Assembly: GCA_041497895.1 (NCBI GenBank)
Contig: JBGQHJ010000060.1
Location: 1-26,649, forward strand
Source of the DNA: Candidatus Methylomirabilia bacterium
GTDB lineage: Bacteria; Methylomirabilota; Methylomirabilia; Rokubacteriales; CSP1-6
Reading direction: 5' to 3'
Length of the DNA: 26,649 nt
Both the position numbers and the translations under genes were made by a program. Under the pieces are notes generated by a model, which was not told where the DNA came from, made no database searches, and saw only the letters and a list, made by a program, of their open reading frames with translations. Of this stretch, positions 8,351 to 17,078 are shown piece by piece. Each line of letters starts with the position of its first letter. Position 1 is the stretch's first letter.

Positions 8351-9526
8351 ATGTCGCTCGTCCGGGATTTCTCGGCTTCGGCGGTCGTCGCCGGCTTCGT
8401 GACCGTGCTGGTAGGCTTCGCCAGCGCGGCGGCCATCGTTTTCCAGGCCGCCGGGGCAGTGGGCGCCTCCGCGGCCCAGCTCAGCTCGTGGATGCTCGCG
8501 CTGGGGCTCGGCATGGGGCTCACGTGCATCCTGCTCTCGCTCCGCTACCGGGCGCCGGTCGTCACCGCGTGGTCCACCCCGGGGGCGGCGCTGCTGGTCA
8601 CGAGCGCAGGTGGGATCTCGATCGAGGAGGCGACCGGCGCGTTCCTGGTGTCGGCCGCGCTCATCACCCTGGTCGGGTTCTCGGGCTGGTTCGAGCGCGC
8701 GATGGATCGCATCCCGGTGCCGATCGCCTCCGGCATGCTGGCGGGCGTCCTGCTCCGCTTCGGCCTCGGCCTGTTCGCCGCCATGGGGACCGAGCTCGTG
8801 CTGGCCCTCGGCATGTTCGTCGCCTACCTGGTCGCCCGGCGCGTCGTGCCGCGCTACGCGGTGATCGCGGCGCTGCTGGTCGGGGTTGCGATCGCGCTCG
8901 TGCAGGGGCTCCTGCACGTGGACGTGGTCCGGATCGGGCTGGCCCGGCCGGTCTGGGTGACCCCGCGCTTCACCCCGGGCGCGGTGATCGGAGTGGGCCT
9001 GCCCCTGTTCGTGGTGACCATGGCGTCCCAGAACGTGCCGGGGGTCGCGGTCATCCGCGCCTCGGGCTACGCGGTGCCGATCTCGCCGATCATCGGCTGG
9101 ACCGGGCTCGCCAACCTGGCGCTGGCGCCCTTCGGCGGGTTCACGCTGAACCTGGCCGCGATCACCGCCGCCATCTGCATGGGCCGCGAGGCCCACGAGG
9201 ACCCGCGGCGGCGCTACGTGGCGGCGATGGCGGCGGGCTTCTTCTACGCGGTCGTCGGGGTCTTCGGGGCGACGGTGGTGGCGCTCTTCGCCGCGTTCCC
9301 GGCCGAGCTGGTGGCGGCGATCGCCGGGCTCGCCTTGCTGGCTACCATCGGCAACGGCCTCGCCCTGGCGGTCGGCAGCGAGAATCAACGGGAGCCGGCG
9401 CTCGTCACGTTTCTGGTGACCGCGTCCGGCGTCGCGCTGGCCGGCATCGGATCGGCGTTCTGGGGGCTGGTGGCGGGGGTCGTGACCCTGCTGATACTGC
9501 GGGCGGCGGGACATCCCCCCAATTGA
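8351..9526 (+). CDS. benE: Benzoate/H+ symporter BenE family transporter
   Basis: YRAPVVTAWSTPGAALL, PLFVVTMASQNVPG, NLAAITAAIC, REPALVTFLVTASG and GIGSAFWGL; TGcTATAGT at 8326-8334. Confidence 0.9.
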   Translation: MSLVRDFSASAVVAGFVTVLVGFASAAAIVFQAAGAVGASAAQLSSWMLALGLGMGLTCILLSLRYRAPVVTAWSTPGAALLVTSAGGISIEEATGAFLVSAALITLVGFSGWFERAMDRIPVPIASGMLAGVLLRFGLGLFAAMGTELVLALGMFVAYLVARRVVPRYAVIAALLVGVAIALVQGLLHVDVVRIGLARPVWVTPRFTPGAVIGVGLPLFVVTMASQNVPGVAVIRASGYAVPISPIIGWTGLANLALAPFGGFTLNLAAITAAICMGREAHEDPRRRYVAAMAAGFFYAVVGVFGATVVALFAAFPAELVAAIAGLALLATIGNGLALAVGSENQREPALVTFLVTASGVALAGIGSAFWGLVAGVVTLLILRAAGHPPN

Positions 9527-9557
9527 ATAAGATCAGCGGCGCCCGGGAGGAGCGGAC

Positions 9558-10322
9558 ATGGCGGCATACATGGAGGGGCGATCGGGGGTGCTCCCCGCGA
9601 TCATCGTGGGACTCTGCCTGGTGATCGGGCTGTCGGTGGCCGGCTACTTCGTCGGCCGGGGCGCCACGCGGTTCCGGTCGGACTCCCGCGTGGTCACGGT
9701 CAAGGGGCTGGTCGAGCGAGAGGTGAAGGCGGACCAGGCGGTGTGGACGCTCGGCCTGCGCCGGGCCAGCGAGACGCTCCAGGACGCGCACGCCCGGATC
9801 AGCGCCGACCGGGACGCGGCGGTGGCGTTTCTCCGCAAGCAGGGCTTCCCCGACGCGGAGATCGAGCGGCAGCCCACCCGCACCGTCGACAAGCTGGCCC
9901 GCGAGTACGGCCAGTCCCAGGCCTCCGACCGCCTCCGTTACGTGGTGACGACCTCGGTGGTGGTGAAGACCACCAACGTCGACCTGGTCCGCACCGCGCT
10001 GGGCTCGACCGAGGAGCTGCTGAAGGTCGGGGTGATCCTCGACGGCGAGCGGGAAGGCGCGGCCAACCCGCGGTACATCGTCTCCAAGTTCAACGACCTG
10101 CGCCCGCAGCTGCTCGCGGACGCCACCCGGAACGCGCGGGCCACCGCCCAGCAGTTCGCGGCGGACTCGGGGGCCCAGGTCGGCAGCATCCGCTCGGCCA
10201 ACCAGGGCTCGATCCAGATCTTCGGCCAGGACGGAGGCGACGAGTCGGCCCCGTTCAGCCCGACGAGCACGCCGGTCAAGCGCATCCGCGTGGTCAGCAC
10301 CTTCGAGTTCGAGCTCCGGTAG
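9558..10322 (+). CDS. SIMPL (DUF541) domain periplasmic protein
   Basis: N-terminal TM helix; VTVKGLVEREVKAD, ATRNARATAQQFAADSG, IRSANQG and KRIRVVST; GGAGGAG SD. Confidence 0.85.
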   Translation: MAAYMEGRSGVLPAIIVGLCLVIGLSVAGYFVGRGATRFRSDSRVVTVKGLVEREVKADQAVWTLGLRRASETLQDAHARISADRDAAVAFLRKQGFPDAEIERQPTRTVDKLAREYGQSQASDRLRYVVTTSVVVKTTNVDLVRTALGSTEELLKVGVILDGEREGAANPRYIVSKFNDLRPQLLADATRNARATAQQFAADSGAQVGSIRSANQGSIQIFGQDGGDESAPFSPTSTPVKRIRVVSTFEFELR

Positions 10323-10333
10323 GGCCCGGCCCG

Positions 10334-10891
10334 GTGCCGACGGTCTTCTCGCACGCGGCGATCCCGCTCGCGCTGGGGGCGGGGCTCGGGGCTGAGGTCG
10401 TCCCCCGCCGCCTGCTGCTGGCGGGGGTGCTCGTCTCGGCCCTGCCCGATCTCGACGTGATCACCCTCGGCTGGGGCATTCGCTACTCGGCGGGCCTCGG
10501 GCATCGCGGCTTCAGCCACTCGCTGCTCGTCGCGGCGGTGGTGGCGCTGGCGGGGGCCGCCGCGGCCCCGACGCTCCGCGCCGGCGTCGCGCGGGCGTTC
10601 GTCTTCCTCTTCGTGGCCGTCGCCTCCCACGGCGCGCTGGACGCCTTCACCAACGGAGGCCTGGGCGTCGCCTTCCTCTGGCCCTGGTCCGGCGAGCGCT
10701 TCTTCGCGCCGGAGGCGCTGCGGGTGATCGAGGTCTCGCCGATCGGGCTCACCCGGTTCCTGTCCGCGCGCGGGGTGGTGGTGCTCGAGTCGGAGCTCCG
10801 GTGGATCTGGCTGCCCGCCCTTGCCGTGGGCCTTATGCTGATCGGTGCGCGTCGCGGATGGTCGTGGCGGCGCGGGGGAGGCCGCGCGTGA
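10334..10891 (+). CDS. Membrane-bound metal-dependent hydrolase (YbcI/YdjM-like)
   Basis: GTG start; PTVFSH, LPDLD, GHRGFSHS, SHGALDAFTNGGLGVA and IEVSPIG. Confidence 0.85.
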   Translation: MPTVFSHAAIPLALGAGLGAEVVPRRLLLAGVLVSALPDLDVITLGWGIRYSAGLGHRGFSHSLLVAAVVALAGAAAAPTLRAGVARAFVFLFVAVASHGALDAFTNGGLGVAFLWPWSGERFFAPEALRVIEVSPIGLTRFLSARGVVVLESELRWIWLPALAVGLMLIGARRGWSWRRGGGRA

Positions 10892-11340
10892 AGTACTGGG
10901 AGGACTTCAAGGTCGGCGAGAGCACCGAGCTCGGCTCGCACTCGATCACCGAGGCCGAGATCCTGGCCTTCGCCCGCAAGTACGATCCCCAGCCGTTCCA
11001 TACCGACCCCGAGGCGGCGCGCCGGAGCATCTTCGGCGGCCTGATCGCGAGCGGCTGGCACACGTGCGCCCTGATGATGCGCCTGTCGGTGGAGGCCAAC
11101 CGCCGTGAGGAGGCGGCCGCCACCGGCTCGCCCGGGCTCGACTCCTGCCGCTGGCTCAAGCCGGTGCGGCCGGGCGACACCCTGACCGCGCACACCGAGG
11201 TGCTCGAGACGTGGCCGTCCCGGAGCAAGCCCGTCGGCTTCGTCCGCCGCCGCGTCGAGCTGATCAACCAGCACGGGGAGGCGGTCGTGTCGATCGTGGG
11301 GATCACCATGTACCGGCGGCGTCCGGCGGCCGCGGCGTGA
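10888..11340 (+). CDS. MaoC family dehydratase
   Basis: GTG overlapping the previous stop; YWEDF, DPQPFH, FGGLIASGWHT and WLKPVRPGD. Confidence 0.9.
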   Translation: MKYWEDFKVGESTELGSHSITEAEILAFARKYDPQPFHTDPEAARRSIFGGLIASGWHTCALMMRLSVEANRREEAAATGSPGLDSCRWLKPVRPGDTLTAHTEVLETWPSRSKPVGFVRRRVELINQHGEAVVSIVGITMYRRRPAAAA

Positions 11341-11774
11341 AGTACTTCGAGGACGTGCAGGTCGGCGACGTGATGCGGTTCGGACGGTACGAGGTCACCC
11401 GGGAGGAGATCGTCGAGTACGCCCGGCAGTTCGACCCGCAGCCCTTCCATCTCGACGAAGAGGCGGCGAAGGCCAGCATGTTCGGCGGGCTCATCGCGAG
11501 CGGCTGGCACACCGGAGCCATGTTCATCCGGATGGTGGTCGAGCACATGACGCCCGTCCACGCCACCTCCGGGGCCATGGGCTTCGACGACCTCAAGTGG
11601 CTCAAGCCGGTGCGGCCGGGCGACGTGCTCTCGGTGGAGTCGGAGATCCGCGAGAAGATCGAGTCCCGGAACCGGCCCGACCGCGGCACCGTGAAGATCG
11701 AGAGCCGGATCAGCAACCAGCGCGGGGAGGTGGTGATGAGCCTCGTGTCCCTGGTGATCTACCTACGGAGGTGA
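11337..11774 (+). CDS. MaoC family dehydratase (tandem paralog)
   Basis: GTGA overlap; YFED, DPQPFH, FGGLIASGWHT and WLKPVRPGD. Confidence 0.9.
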   Translation: MKYFEDVQVGDVMRFGRYEVTREEIVEYARQFDPQPFHLDEEAAKASMFGGLIASGWHTGAMFIRMVVEHMTPVHATSGAMGFDDLKWLKPVRPGDVLSVESEIREKIESRNRPDRGTVKIESRISNQRGEVVMSLVSLVIYLRR

Positions 11775-11778
11775 CCGC

Positions 11779-12333
11779 GTGCGCGGCCTCGTCGCCTTCA
11801 ACCTGTGGCAGTGGATCGAGGAGAACCGCGCCACCTTCGAGCCGCCGGTCGGCAACAAGGTGATCTGGGAAGACTCGCAGTTCACCGCGATGGTCGTCCG
11901 CGGGCCGAACGCCCGGCGCGATTTCCACGTCGATCCCTCCGACGAGATCTTCTACATGCTCCGCGGCGCGATGCGCCTCGAGTACATGGTGGACGGCCGG
12001 CGGCACGAGCAGATCGTCCGCGAGGGGGAGATGTGCCTGCTGCCCGCGCTCGTTCCGCATTCACCCCACCGCCCGGCCGACACCTGGGGCCTGGTGGTCG
12101 AGGTCACGCGCCGGCCCGAGCAGACCGAGTCGCTCCTCTGGTTCTGCGACCGGTGCGATCGGCTCCTGCACCGGGTGACGATGCACGTGGCCGACATCGA
12201 GCGGGAGTTCAAGGCGGCCATCGAGCACTTCGACGCCAACCTCGCGCTGCGCACGTGCGGGGGCTGCGGTCACGTCCACCTCGAGCGCGCGCCCCTCGCC
12301 GCCCGGGTCACGCCGGAGGGCCGATTGCCCTAG
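11779..12333 (+). CDS. nbaC: 3-hydroxyanthranilate 3,4-dioxygenase-like cupin
   Basis: PPVGNK, GPNARRDFHVDPSDE and PHSPHRP (His/Glu/His iron ligands); C-terminal CDRC...CGGC rubredoxin-like site; GGAGGT SD. Confidence 0.85.
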   Translation: MRGLVAFNLWQWIEENRATFEPPVGNKVIWEDSQFTAMVVRGPNARRDFHVDPSDEIFYMLRGAMRLEYMVDGRRHEQIVREGEMCLLPALVPHSPHRPADTWGLVVEVTRRPEQTESLLWFCDRCDRLLHRVTMHVADIEREFKAAIEHFDANLALRTCGGCGHVHLERAPLAARVTPEGRLP

Positions 12334-13864
12334 AGGGCCGGCCGGGCGCCGCGGACGGGTCGCTCGGAGGGTCGGCCAGGGTGCAATCGCGAGGGTGCAG
12401 CCGGGCGTCCCCGTGCACGATGTCGCCCGCCCGGAGCGCCGCCACCGCGCGCTGCCGGCCTCGATTCCACTCGAACCAGCGACACGGGGCGCCGCCGGCG
12501 GCTCTTCCGTAGCGCTGCCGGAGTCCGTCGCGCACCGAGTCGGCCAGGGTGGGCGGTAGCTGGGGAATCGCGCGGACCAGCGCGGGCGCGGCGTTCGGCG
12601 AGAGCCCCCAGACCAGGTAGGACGTGTCGAGCTGACCCGTCTGGAAGAGCCGCCCGACGTTCTGCCGGACGATCCACGCTTCGTGGTTCCAGTAGATCAG
12701 GACGGCCATCGCGACGGCGACGGTTCCCGCCGCGCGTCGCGCCAGCCACCCCGACGTCGAGCCCCGGGCCAGGCCCCAGCCGAGCATCCCGAGGAAGAGC
12801 GCGACCACGACCATGTAAGCGTGGGCGTAGAGCCGCCCGGTCGTGAATCCATAGGCGGACTCGTAGAGCCAGAGGCGGTGGAGCGCCGAGATCAGGAGCA
12901 CCTCGACCTGCCCGACGACCGCGACCGCCGCGATGCGGGTCCACGCCTCGCGCGGGCCGCGCGCCGCCCAGTGGTCGAGGGCCGCGAGCAGGATCATGCA
13001 AAGGGTCGCCACCGTGGTCAGCTCGGCGAATCCCCGTCGAGCGTATTCCGAGAACGTGACCCCCGATCCCCTGATGAGCGGGGCGTTGCCGAAGAGGTAG
13101 CTGAGCTGCAGGAGGAGAAACGCGCCGAAGAGCGCGGCGACCGCGCCGAGGACGACGAGGCGCTCGGTGTCCGCGAGGCGCGGTGTCCCAACCGGCTCCG
13201 CCAGCGCCGGGCCCCGGACGCTGCCGCGATGCAGGACGAGGCCGCACCCTCCCAGGGCGGCGGTGAACAGGACGCCGAAGAACATGAGCCGGGGCACGAA
13301 TTCCAGGCGGGCCAGCGCGTCGGCCAGCTCATCGCGCAACGAGGCGAGCACCGGATCGGCGTTGGTCAGGATCAGCGTGAAGAGACCTACCACCGGCAGC
13401 GCGAAGAGCCCGCCGCGGAGCAGGGGGCGGCAGCGAGGGGTCGCGATGAGACCGACGAGCTCGAACGCACGCCGGATCGCTTCTCCGGCGGCCAGGAGCG
13501 GCGCCGCCACGGGTGCCCATAGCATGAACGGCGCGGTCAGCCCCTCCCACGTCGGGTGGCCCGCCAGGAGCACCGCGATCGCCAGGAGCACCGCCACGCC
13601 CCCGCCGATGACCGCATGAAAGGGCGCGGCGGCGGTGATGGCGGCCGCGACCCCGAAGCCGGCCGCGAGGGCGAGCGGGGCGAGGAGCGGGGAACGCGTC
13701 GGCGACCCCCCCACTCGGGCGCAGAGCAGGATGCTGCCGGCGGCTGCGAGGGTCCAGATGCCCCAGCCGAGGCCGGGGGCCGCATCGAAGAGGAAGGCGG
13801 TGCCGAGTCCCCCGAGCGCGACGGCGACGGACCATAGCAGGAAGGCGCGGGCCATGGCGTTCAT
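12308..13864 (-). CDS. Polytopic membrane protein, DUF4153/DUF4173-like
   Basis: Many TM segments; [45 protein letters not shown] and LDTSYL...LSPNA; ATGA overlap with the uppS stop. Confidence 0.8.
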   Translation of the reverse strand: MNAMARAFLLWSVAVALGGLGTAFLFDAAPGLGWGIWTLAAAGSILLCARVGGSPTRSPLLAPLALAAGFGVAAAITAAAPFHAVIGGGVAVLLAIAVLLAGHPTWEGLTAPFMLWAPVAAPLLAAGEAIRRAFELVGLIATPRCRPLLRGGLFALPVVGLFTLILTNADPVLASLRDELADALARLEFVPRLMFFGVLFTAALGGCGLVLHRGSVRGPALAEPVGTPRLADTERLVVLGAVAALFGAFLLLQLSYLFGNAPLIRGSGVTFSEYARRGFAELTTVATLCMILLAALDHWAARGPREAWTRIAAVAVVGQVEVLLISALHRLWLYESAYGFTTGRLYAHAYMVVVALFLGMLGWGLARGSTSGWLARRAAGTVAVAMAVLIYWNHEAWIVRQNVGRLFQTGQLDTSYLVWGLSPNAAPALVRAIPQLPPTLADSVRDGLRQRYGRAAGGAPCRWFEWNRGRQRAVAALRAGDIVHGDARLHPRDCTLADPPSDPSAAPGRPSRAIGPPA

Positions 13865-14562
13865 CGCGTGCCGGCCTCCGACAGGGCGCCGAAGCGGCGG
13901 TCCCGGCCGCGGAACTCGGCGACCGCCGCCGCGAGGTCGCCCCGGTGGAAGTCGGGCCACATGCGAGTCGTGAAGAAGAGCTCGGCGTACGCGCTCTCCC
14001 ACAGGAGAAAATCGCTCAATCGCTGCTCGCCGCCGGTGCGGATCAGCAGGTCCACGTCGAGTGCGGGCGCGCCGTGGGTCTCTCCGAGTCGGCTCGCGAA
14101 GCTCTCCCGGGTCGGGTCGTCCAGCCGGCCGAGGCGGGCCGCTTCGAGGATCGCGTCGCGCGAGGAGTAGTCGACGGCCACCCGCAGGTGCAGGCGGCTC
14201 CCCCGGGCGGTGAGCGCCTCGGCGGCCGAGATGGCCGACACCACCTCACCCGGCAGGCGGTCCCGGCGCCCGATCACGGACAGGCGCACGTCGTGGGCCC
14301 TCAGCGGACCGGCCTCATCTCGCAGGAACCGGCCGAACAGCCCCATCAGGACCTGCACCTCCTCCGCGGGCCGGGCCCAGTTGTCGGAGGAGAAGGCGAA
14401 GAGGCTCAGGGTCCCGATGCCGACCTCGGGCGCGGCCTCGACGAGACGGCGGATCGCGTCGACCCCCGCGTGATGTCCGGCCGAGCGCGGGAGCCCGCGG
14501 CGGAGCGCCCACCGCCCATTGCCGTCCATGATGATGGCCACGTGGATTGAAGTACTTTGCAT
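13861..14562 (-). CDS. uppS: cis-prenyltransferase (undecaprenyl-diphosphate synthase family), paralog
   Basis: [42 protein letters not shown] and RRFG; GAGGAG SD before ATG 14562. Confidence 0.9.
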   Translation of the reverse strand: MQSTSIHVAIIMDGNGRWALRRGLPRSAGHHAGVDAIRRLVEAAPEVGIGTLSLFAFSSDNWARPAEEVQVLMGLFGRFLRDEAGPLRAHDVRLSVIGRRDRLPGEVVSAISAAEALTARGSRLHLRVAVDYSSRDAILEAARLGRLDDPTRESFASRLGETHGAPALDVDLLIRTGGEQRLSDFLLWESAYAELFFTTRMWPDFHRGDLAAAVAEFRGRDRRFGALSEAGTR

Positions 14563-14571
14563 GTCAAAGTC
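14550..14571. promoter_or_regulatory. Putative operator copy 1, spanning the uppS start codon
   Basis: AAGT-ACTTTG-CATGT-CAAAGT-C: perfect 6-5-6 inverted repeat with the start codon (CAT 14560-14562) in the spacer. Confidence 0.7.
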
Positions 14572-14597
14572 TCCTCGCAAAAAAAATGAGGCCGGCG

Positions 14598-14987
14598 TCA
14601 ACGCCGGAGCGTGTCGCGCGTCGCGCGGATCAACGCTTCCATGTGGGACAGGTACCGCGTGAGCTCGCGGCGGCCCACGGGGGTGAGCCGATACTCGGTC
14701 CGCGGGCGACGGCCGTCGAAGGTCTTGGTGCAGGTGACGTAGTCGGCTTCCTCGAGCTTGCGGGCGTGAACGCTCAAGTTGCCGTCCGTCGTTTCCAGCA
14801 GCGCCTTGATTTCGTTGAACGTGAGCGACTCGACGGCCGCGAGCGCGCTCACGATGCCGAGGCGGATGCGGTGATGGATGAGGTTGTCGAGGCTCGCGGA
14901 GCCTCGACCGCCGGCGGCCCGCGGCGACTGGCCCCGCGGCGTCGGAGCCTCCGCCCGCGGCCGACGCGCCGCGCCCGGGTCAGCCAC
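14598..14987 (-). CDS. Winged helix-turn-helix transcriptional regulator (HTH_34, ArsR/MarR-like)
   Basis: [47 protein letters not shown] and [11 protein letters not shown] overlaps the upstream stop, GGGAGG SD. Confidence 0.88.
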   Translation of the reverse strand: MADPGAARRPRAEAPTPRGQSPRAAGGRGSASLDNLIHHRIRLGIVSALAAVESLTFNEIKALLETTDGNLSVHARKLEEADYVTCTKTFDGRRPRTEYRLTPVGRRELTRYLSHMEALIRATRDTLRR

Positions 14988-15594
14988 CGTGCTTCCTCCC
15001 CACGATCACCCCGAAGGCGACGTGCAGTCCTCCGAAGCCGGCGATCAGGAGCCAGTTGCCCCACGGGAGCGGGAGCAGCAGACCGGCCGCGCCCAGCCCC
15101 ATGAAGGTGGCGCCGATGACCGGAACGACCCTCACCGACCAGGCGCCGGCCGCGACGAGGCCGGCCCCGTAGAGCAGGAGCCACGTTCCCGGCAGCAGAT
15201 CGAAGCGCTCCCCGCGCTCGAGGGCGCCGGTGAGCAGGGCGCCCGAGACGACCGCGGGCGCCAGGCTCAGGGCGAACTTGCTGGCCGGCCCCGGTATCAG
15301 CGGCTGACGTGCGGTGCGGGTCTTGCGGGCCGTCGAGAGCGCGCCGATCACCGCGGAGACGCCGGCCGCGGCCACCCACGCCATGAGCCAGCGCAGGCGG
15401 GTGGGTTGCCGGGCCGCCACGAGCCCGCACGCGGTCGCGACGCCACCGATCAGGATCAGCCCCCAGCCGGAGAACGCGGAGAACGCGGAGGCGCTCTCCA
15501 TGGTCTCCCGGATGAAGCGGAGATCGGCCATGGCCCGGGCATGGAGGGTCGACGACTCGGAGATCGGCTCGTGGCCCGCGCCGGAGGGCACCAT
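14980..15594 (-). CDS. Hypothetical polytopic membrane protein (about 6 TM), coupled to the HTH regulator
   Basis: LHARAMADLRFIRETME amphipathic N-terminus followed by hydrophobic segments, WLLLYG and GFGGLHVAFG; start uncertain (15606, 15594 or 15531). Confidence 0.75.
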   Translation of the reverse strand: MVPSGAGHEPISESSTLHARAMADLRFIRETMESASAFSAFSGWGLILIGGVATACGLVAARQPTRLRWLMAWVAAAGVSAVIGALSTARKTRTARQPLIPGPASKFALSLAPAVVSGALLTGALERGERFDLLPGTWLLLYGAGLVAAGAWSVRVVPVIGATFMGLGAAGLLLPLPWGNWLLIAGFGGLHVAFGVIVGRKHGG

Positions 15595-15601
15595 GCAGTC
15601 A

Positions 15602-15651
15602 TGCATAGCGCCATTGGGTTCAATATGTCAAGTACTTTGAAACCCAGAGTC
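15602..15651 (-). promoter_or_regulatory. Promoter (-35 TTGACA) with operator copy 2
   Basis: TTGACA on the minus strand at 15631-15626, weak -10 TATGCA 18 nt later; overlapping AAGT-ACTTTG-AAACC-CAGAGT-C at 15630-15651. Confidence 0.65.
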
Positions 15652-15682
15652 ACGGGCGGCCCGGCCGTGCTAGGCTGCCGGG

Positions 15683-17074
15683 GTGCCTTCGCCCTCCGCG
15701 GCCCTGCGCCCCAACCTCCTCGTCATCCTGATCGACGACCTGCGCTTCGACGAGTTCGGGGCGGGCGGGCACCCGTACATGCTGACGCCCCACGTGGACC
15801 GGCTCGCCCGCGAGGGCGCCATGTGCCTCAACGCCTTTCACACCACCCCGCTCTGCTCGCCCAACCGGGCGTCGATCGTGACCGGCCAGTACGCGAGCCG
15901 CCACGGCATCATCGACAACGTGGCGCGCGACGCGGCGAGCCACCGCCTGCCGAACTACCACGTGGAGCTGCAGCGGCTGGGCTACGAGACCGCGCACGTG
16001 GGCAAGTGGCACATGGGCAACGACGGCTCGCCGCGCCCCGGCTACGACCGCTGGGTGAGCTTCGACGGCCACGGCAGGCTGTTCGACCCGGAGCTGAACG
16101 TCGACGGCCAGCGGCGGGCGGTCCCGGGCTACGTGACCGACGTCCTGAACGCGGAGGCGCTCGCGTTCGTGGAGCGGCCGCGCGCGAGGCCGTGGAGCCT
16201 CTTCTTCGCCCACAAGGCGGTGCATCCGGACGCCCACCAGGCCGCCGACGGCACGCTCGACCTGAGCCGCGGCGGCTACAAGCCGGCCGAGCGCCACCGG
16301 GATCTCTACCGGGGCCGCGTGTTCCCGCCGCGGCCGAACGTGCTGCCGCCCGAGGAGGTGGTGCGGGCGAAGCCGGTCTGGGCGGAGGCCTTCCGCCTCA
16401 AGGCGACGGAGCGCGCGCAGGCGGTGCTGGCCGCGATCCACGCCGGGACGCAGGAGGAGATCCGGCTCCGCGCGGCGATGATGGCCTCGGTGGACGAGGG
16501 GGTGGGGATGCTGCTCGAGGCGCTCGAGCGCACCGGACAGCTCGACCGCACCTGCATCGTCTTCCTCGGGGACAACGGCTACTTCTTCGGCGAGCACGCG
16601 CTCGGACCGGAGCGGCGCTTCGCCTACGAGGAAGGGATCCGCTCGCCGTTCCTCGTGCGCTACCCGCCGCGGGTGCCCGCGGGCAGCCGGCCCGACGCGC
16701 TGGTGCTCGCGCTCGACATCGCGCCCACCATGATCGAGCTGGCCGGCGGCACGCCGGGCGCGCACGTCCAGGGCCGCTCCCTCGTGCCGCTGCTCGCCGG
16801 CCACCGCCCGCCCGACTGGCGCACCTCGTTCCTCGTCGAGTACTGGAGCGAGAACGCGATGCCCTGGCTGGTGGGGATGACCTACAAGGCGGTGCGGACC
16901 GAGCGGGCCAAGCTGATCCACTGGGTCAACCGCGACGGGGTGGACGAGCTCTACGACCTCGCCGCGGATCCCTACGAGCTCGCGAACCTCATCGACGACC
17001 CGGCCCGCGCGCGCGAGCGGGCCGACCTGCGGGGCGAGCTCGCCCGGCTCGTGGTCGAGGCGATCGGGCTCTGA
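15683..17074 (+). CDS. Formylglycine-dependent sulfatase (N-acetylglucosamine-6-sulfatase-like), no signal peptide
   Basis: PNLLVILIDD, CSPNRASIVTG (CxPxR), GYETAHVGKWH, GDNG and ELYDLAADPYELANL. Confidence 0.92.
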   Translation: MPSPSAALRPNLLVILIDDLRFDEFGAGGHPYMLTPHVDRLAREGAMCLNAFHTTPLCSPNRASIVTGQYASRHGIIDNVARDAASHRLPNYHVELQRLGYETAHVGKWHMGNDGSPRPGYDRWVSFDGHGRLFDPELNVDGQRRAVPGYVTDVLNAEALAFVERPRARPWSLFFAHKAVHPDAHQAADGTLDLSRGGYKPAERHRDLYRGRVFPPRPNVLPPEEVVRAKPVWAEAFRLKATERAQAVLAAIHAGTQEEIRLRAAMMASVDEGVGMLLEALERTGQLDRTCIVFLGDNGYFFGEHALGPERRFAYEEGIRSPFLVRYPPRVPAGSRPDALVLALDIAPTMIELAGGTPGAHVQGRSLVPLLAGHRPPDWRTSFLVEYWSENAMPWLVGMTYKAVRTERAKLIHWVNRDGVDELYDLAADPYELANLIDDPARARERADLRGELARLVVEAIGL

Positions 17075-17078
17075 GCCG

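Noticed and set aside
6539..9514. 991-aa minus-strand ORF
   Set aside because: Only 6539-7363 (DppC-like) is real; the rest is an off-frame or antisense overlap with the DppB-like gene and benE.
12308..12333. 26-nt convergent overlap of the 3HAO and DUF4153 gene ends as an insertion boundary
   Set aside because: No flanking direct repeats or mobility genes; short tail overlaps are common in GC-rich genomes.
14562..14567. Second TTGACA inside operator copy 1 as an internal promoter
   Set aside because: No plausible -10 at 16-18 nt, and it would initiate inside uppS.
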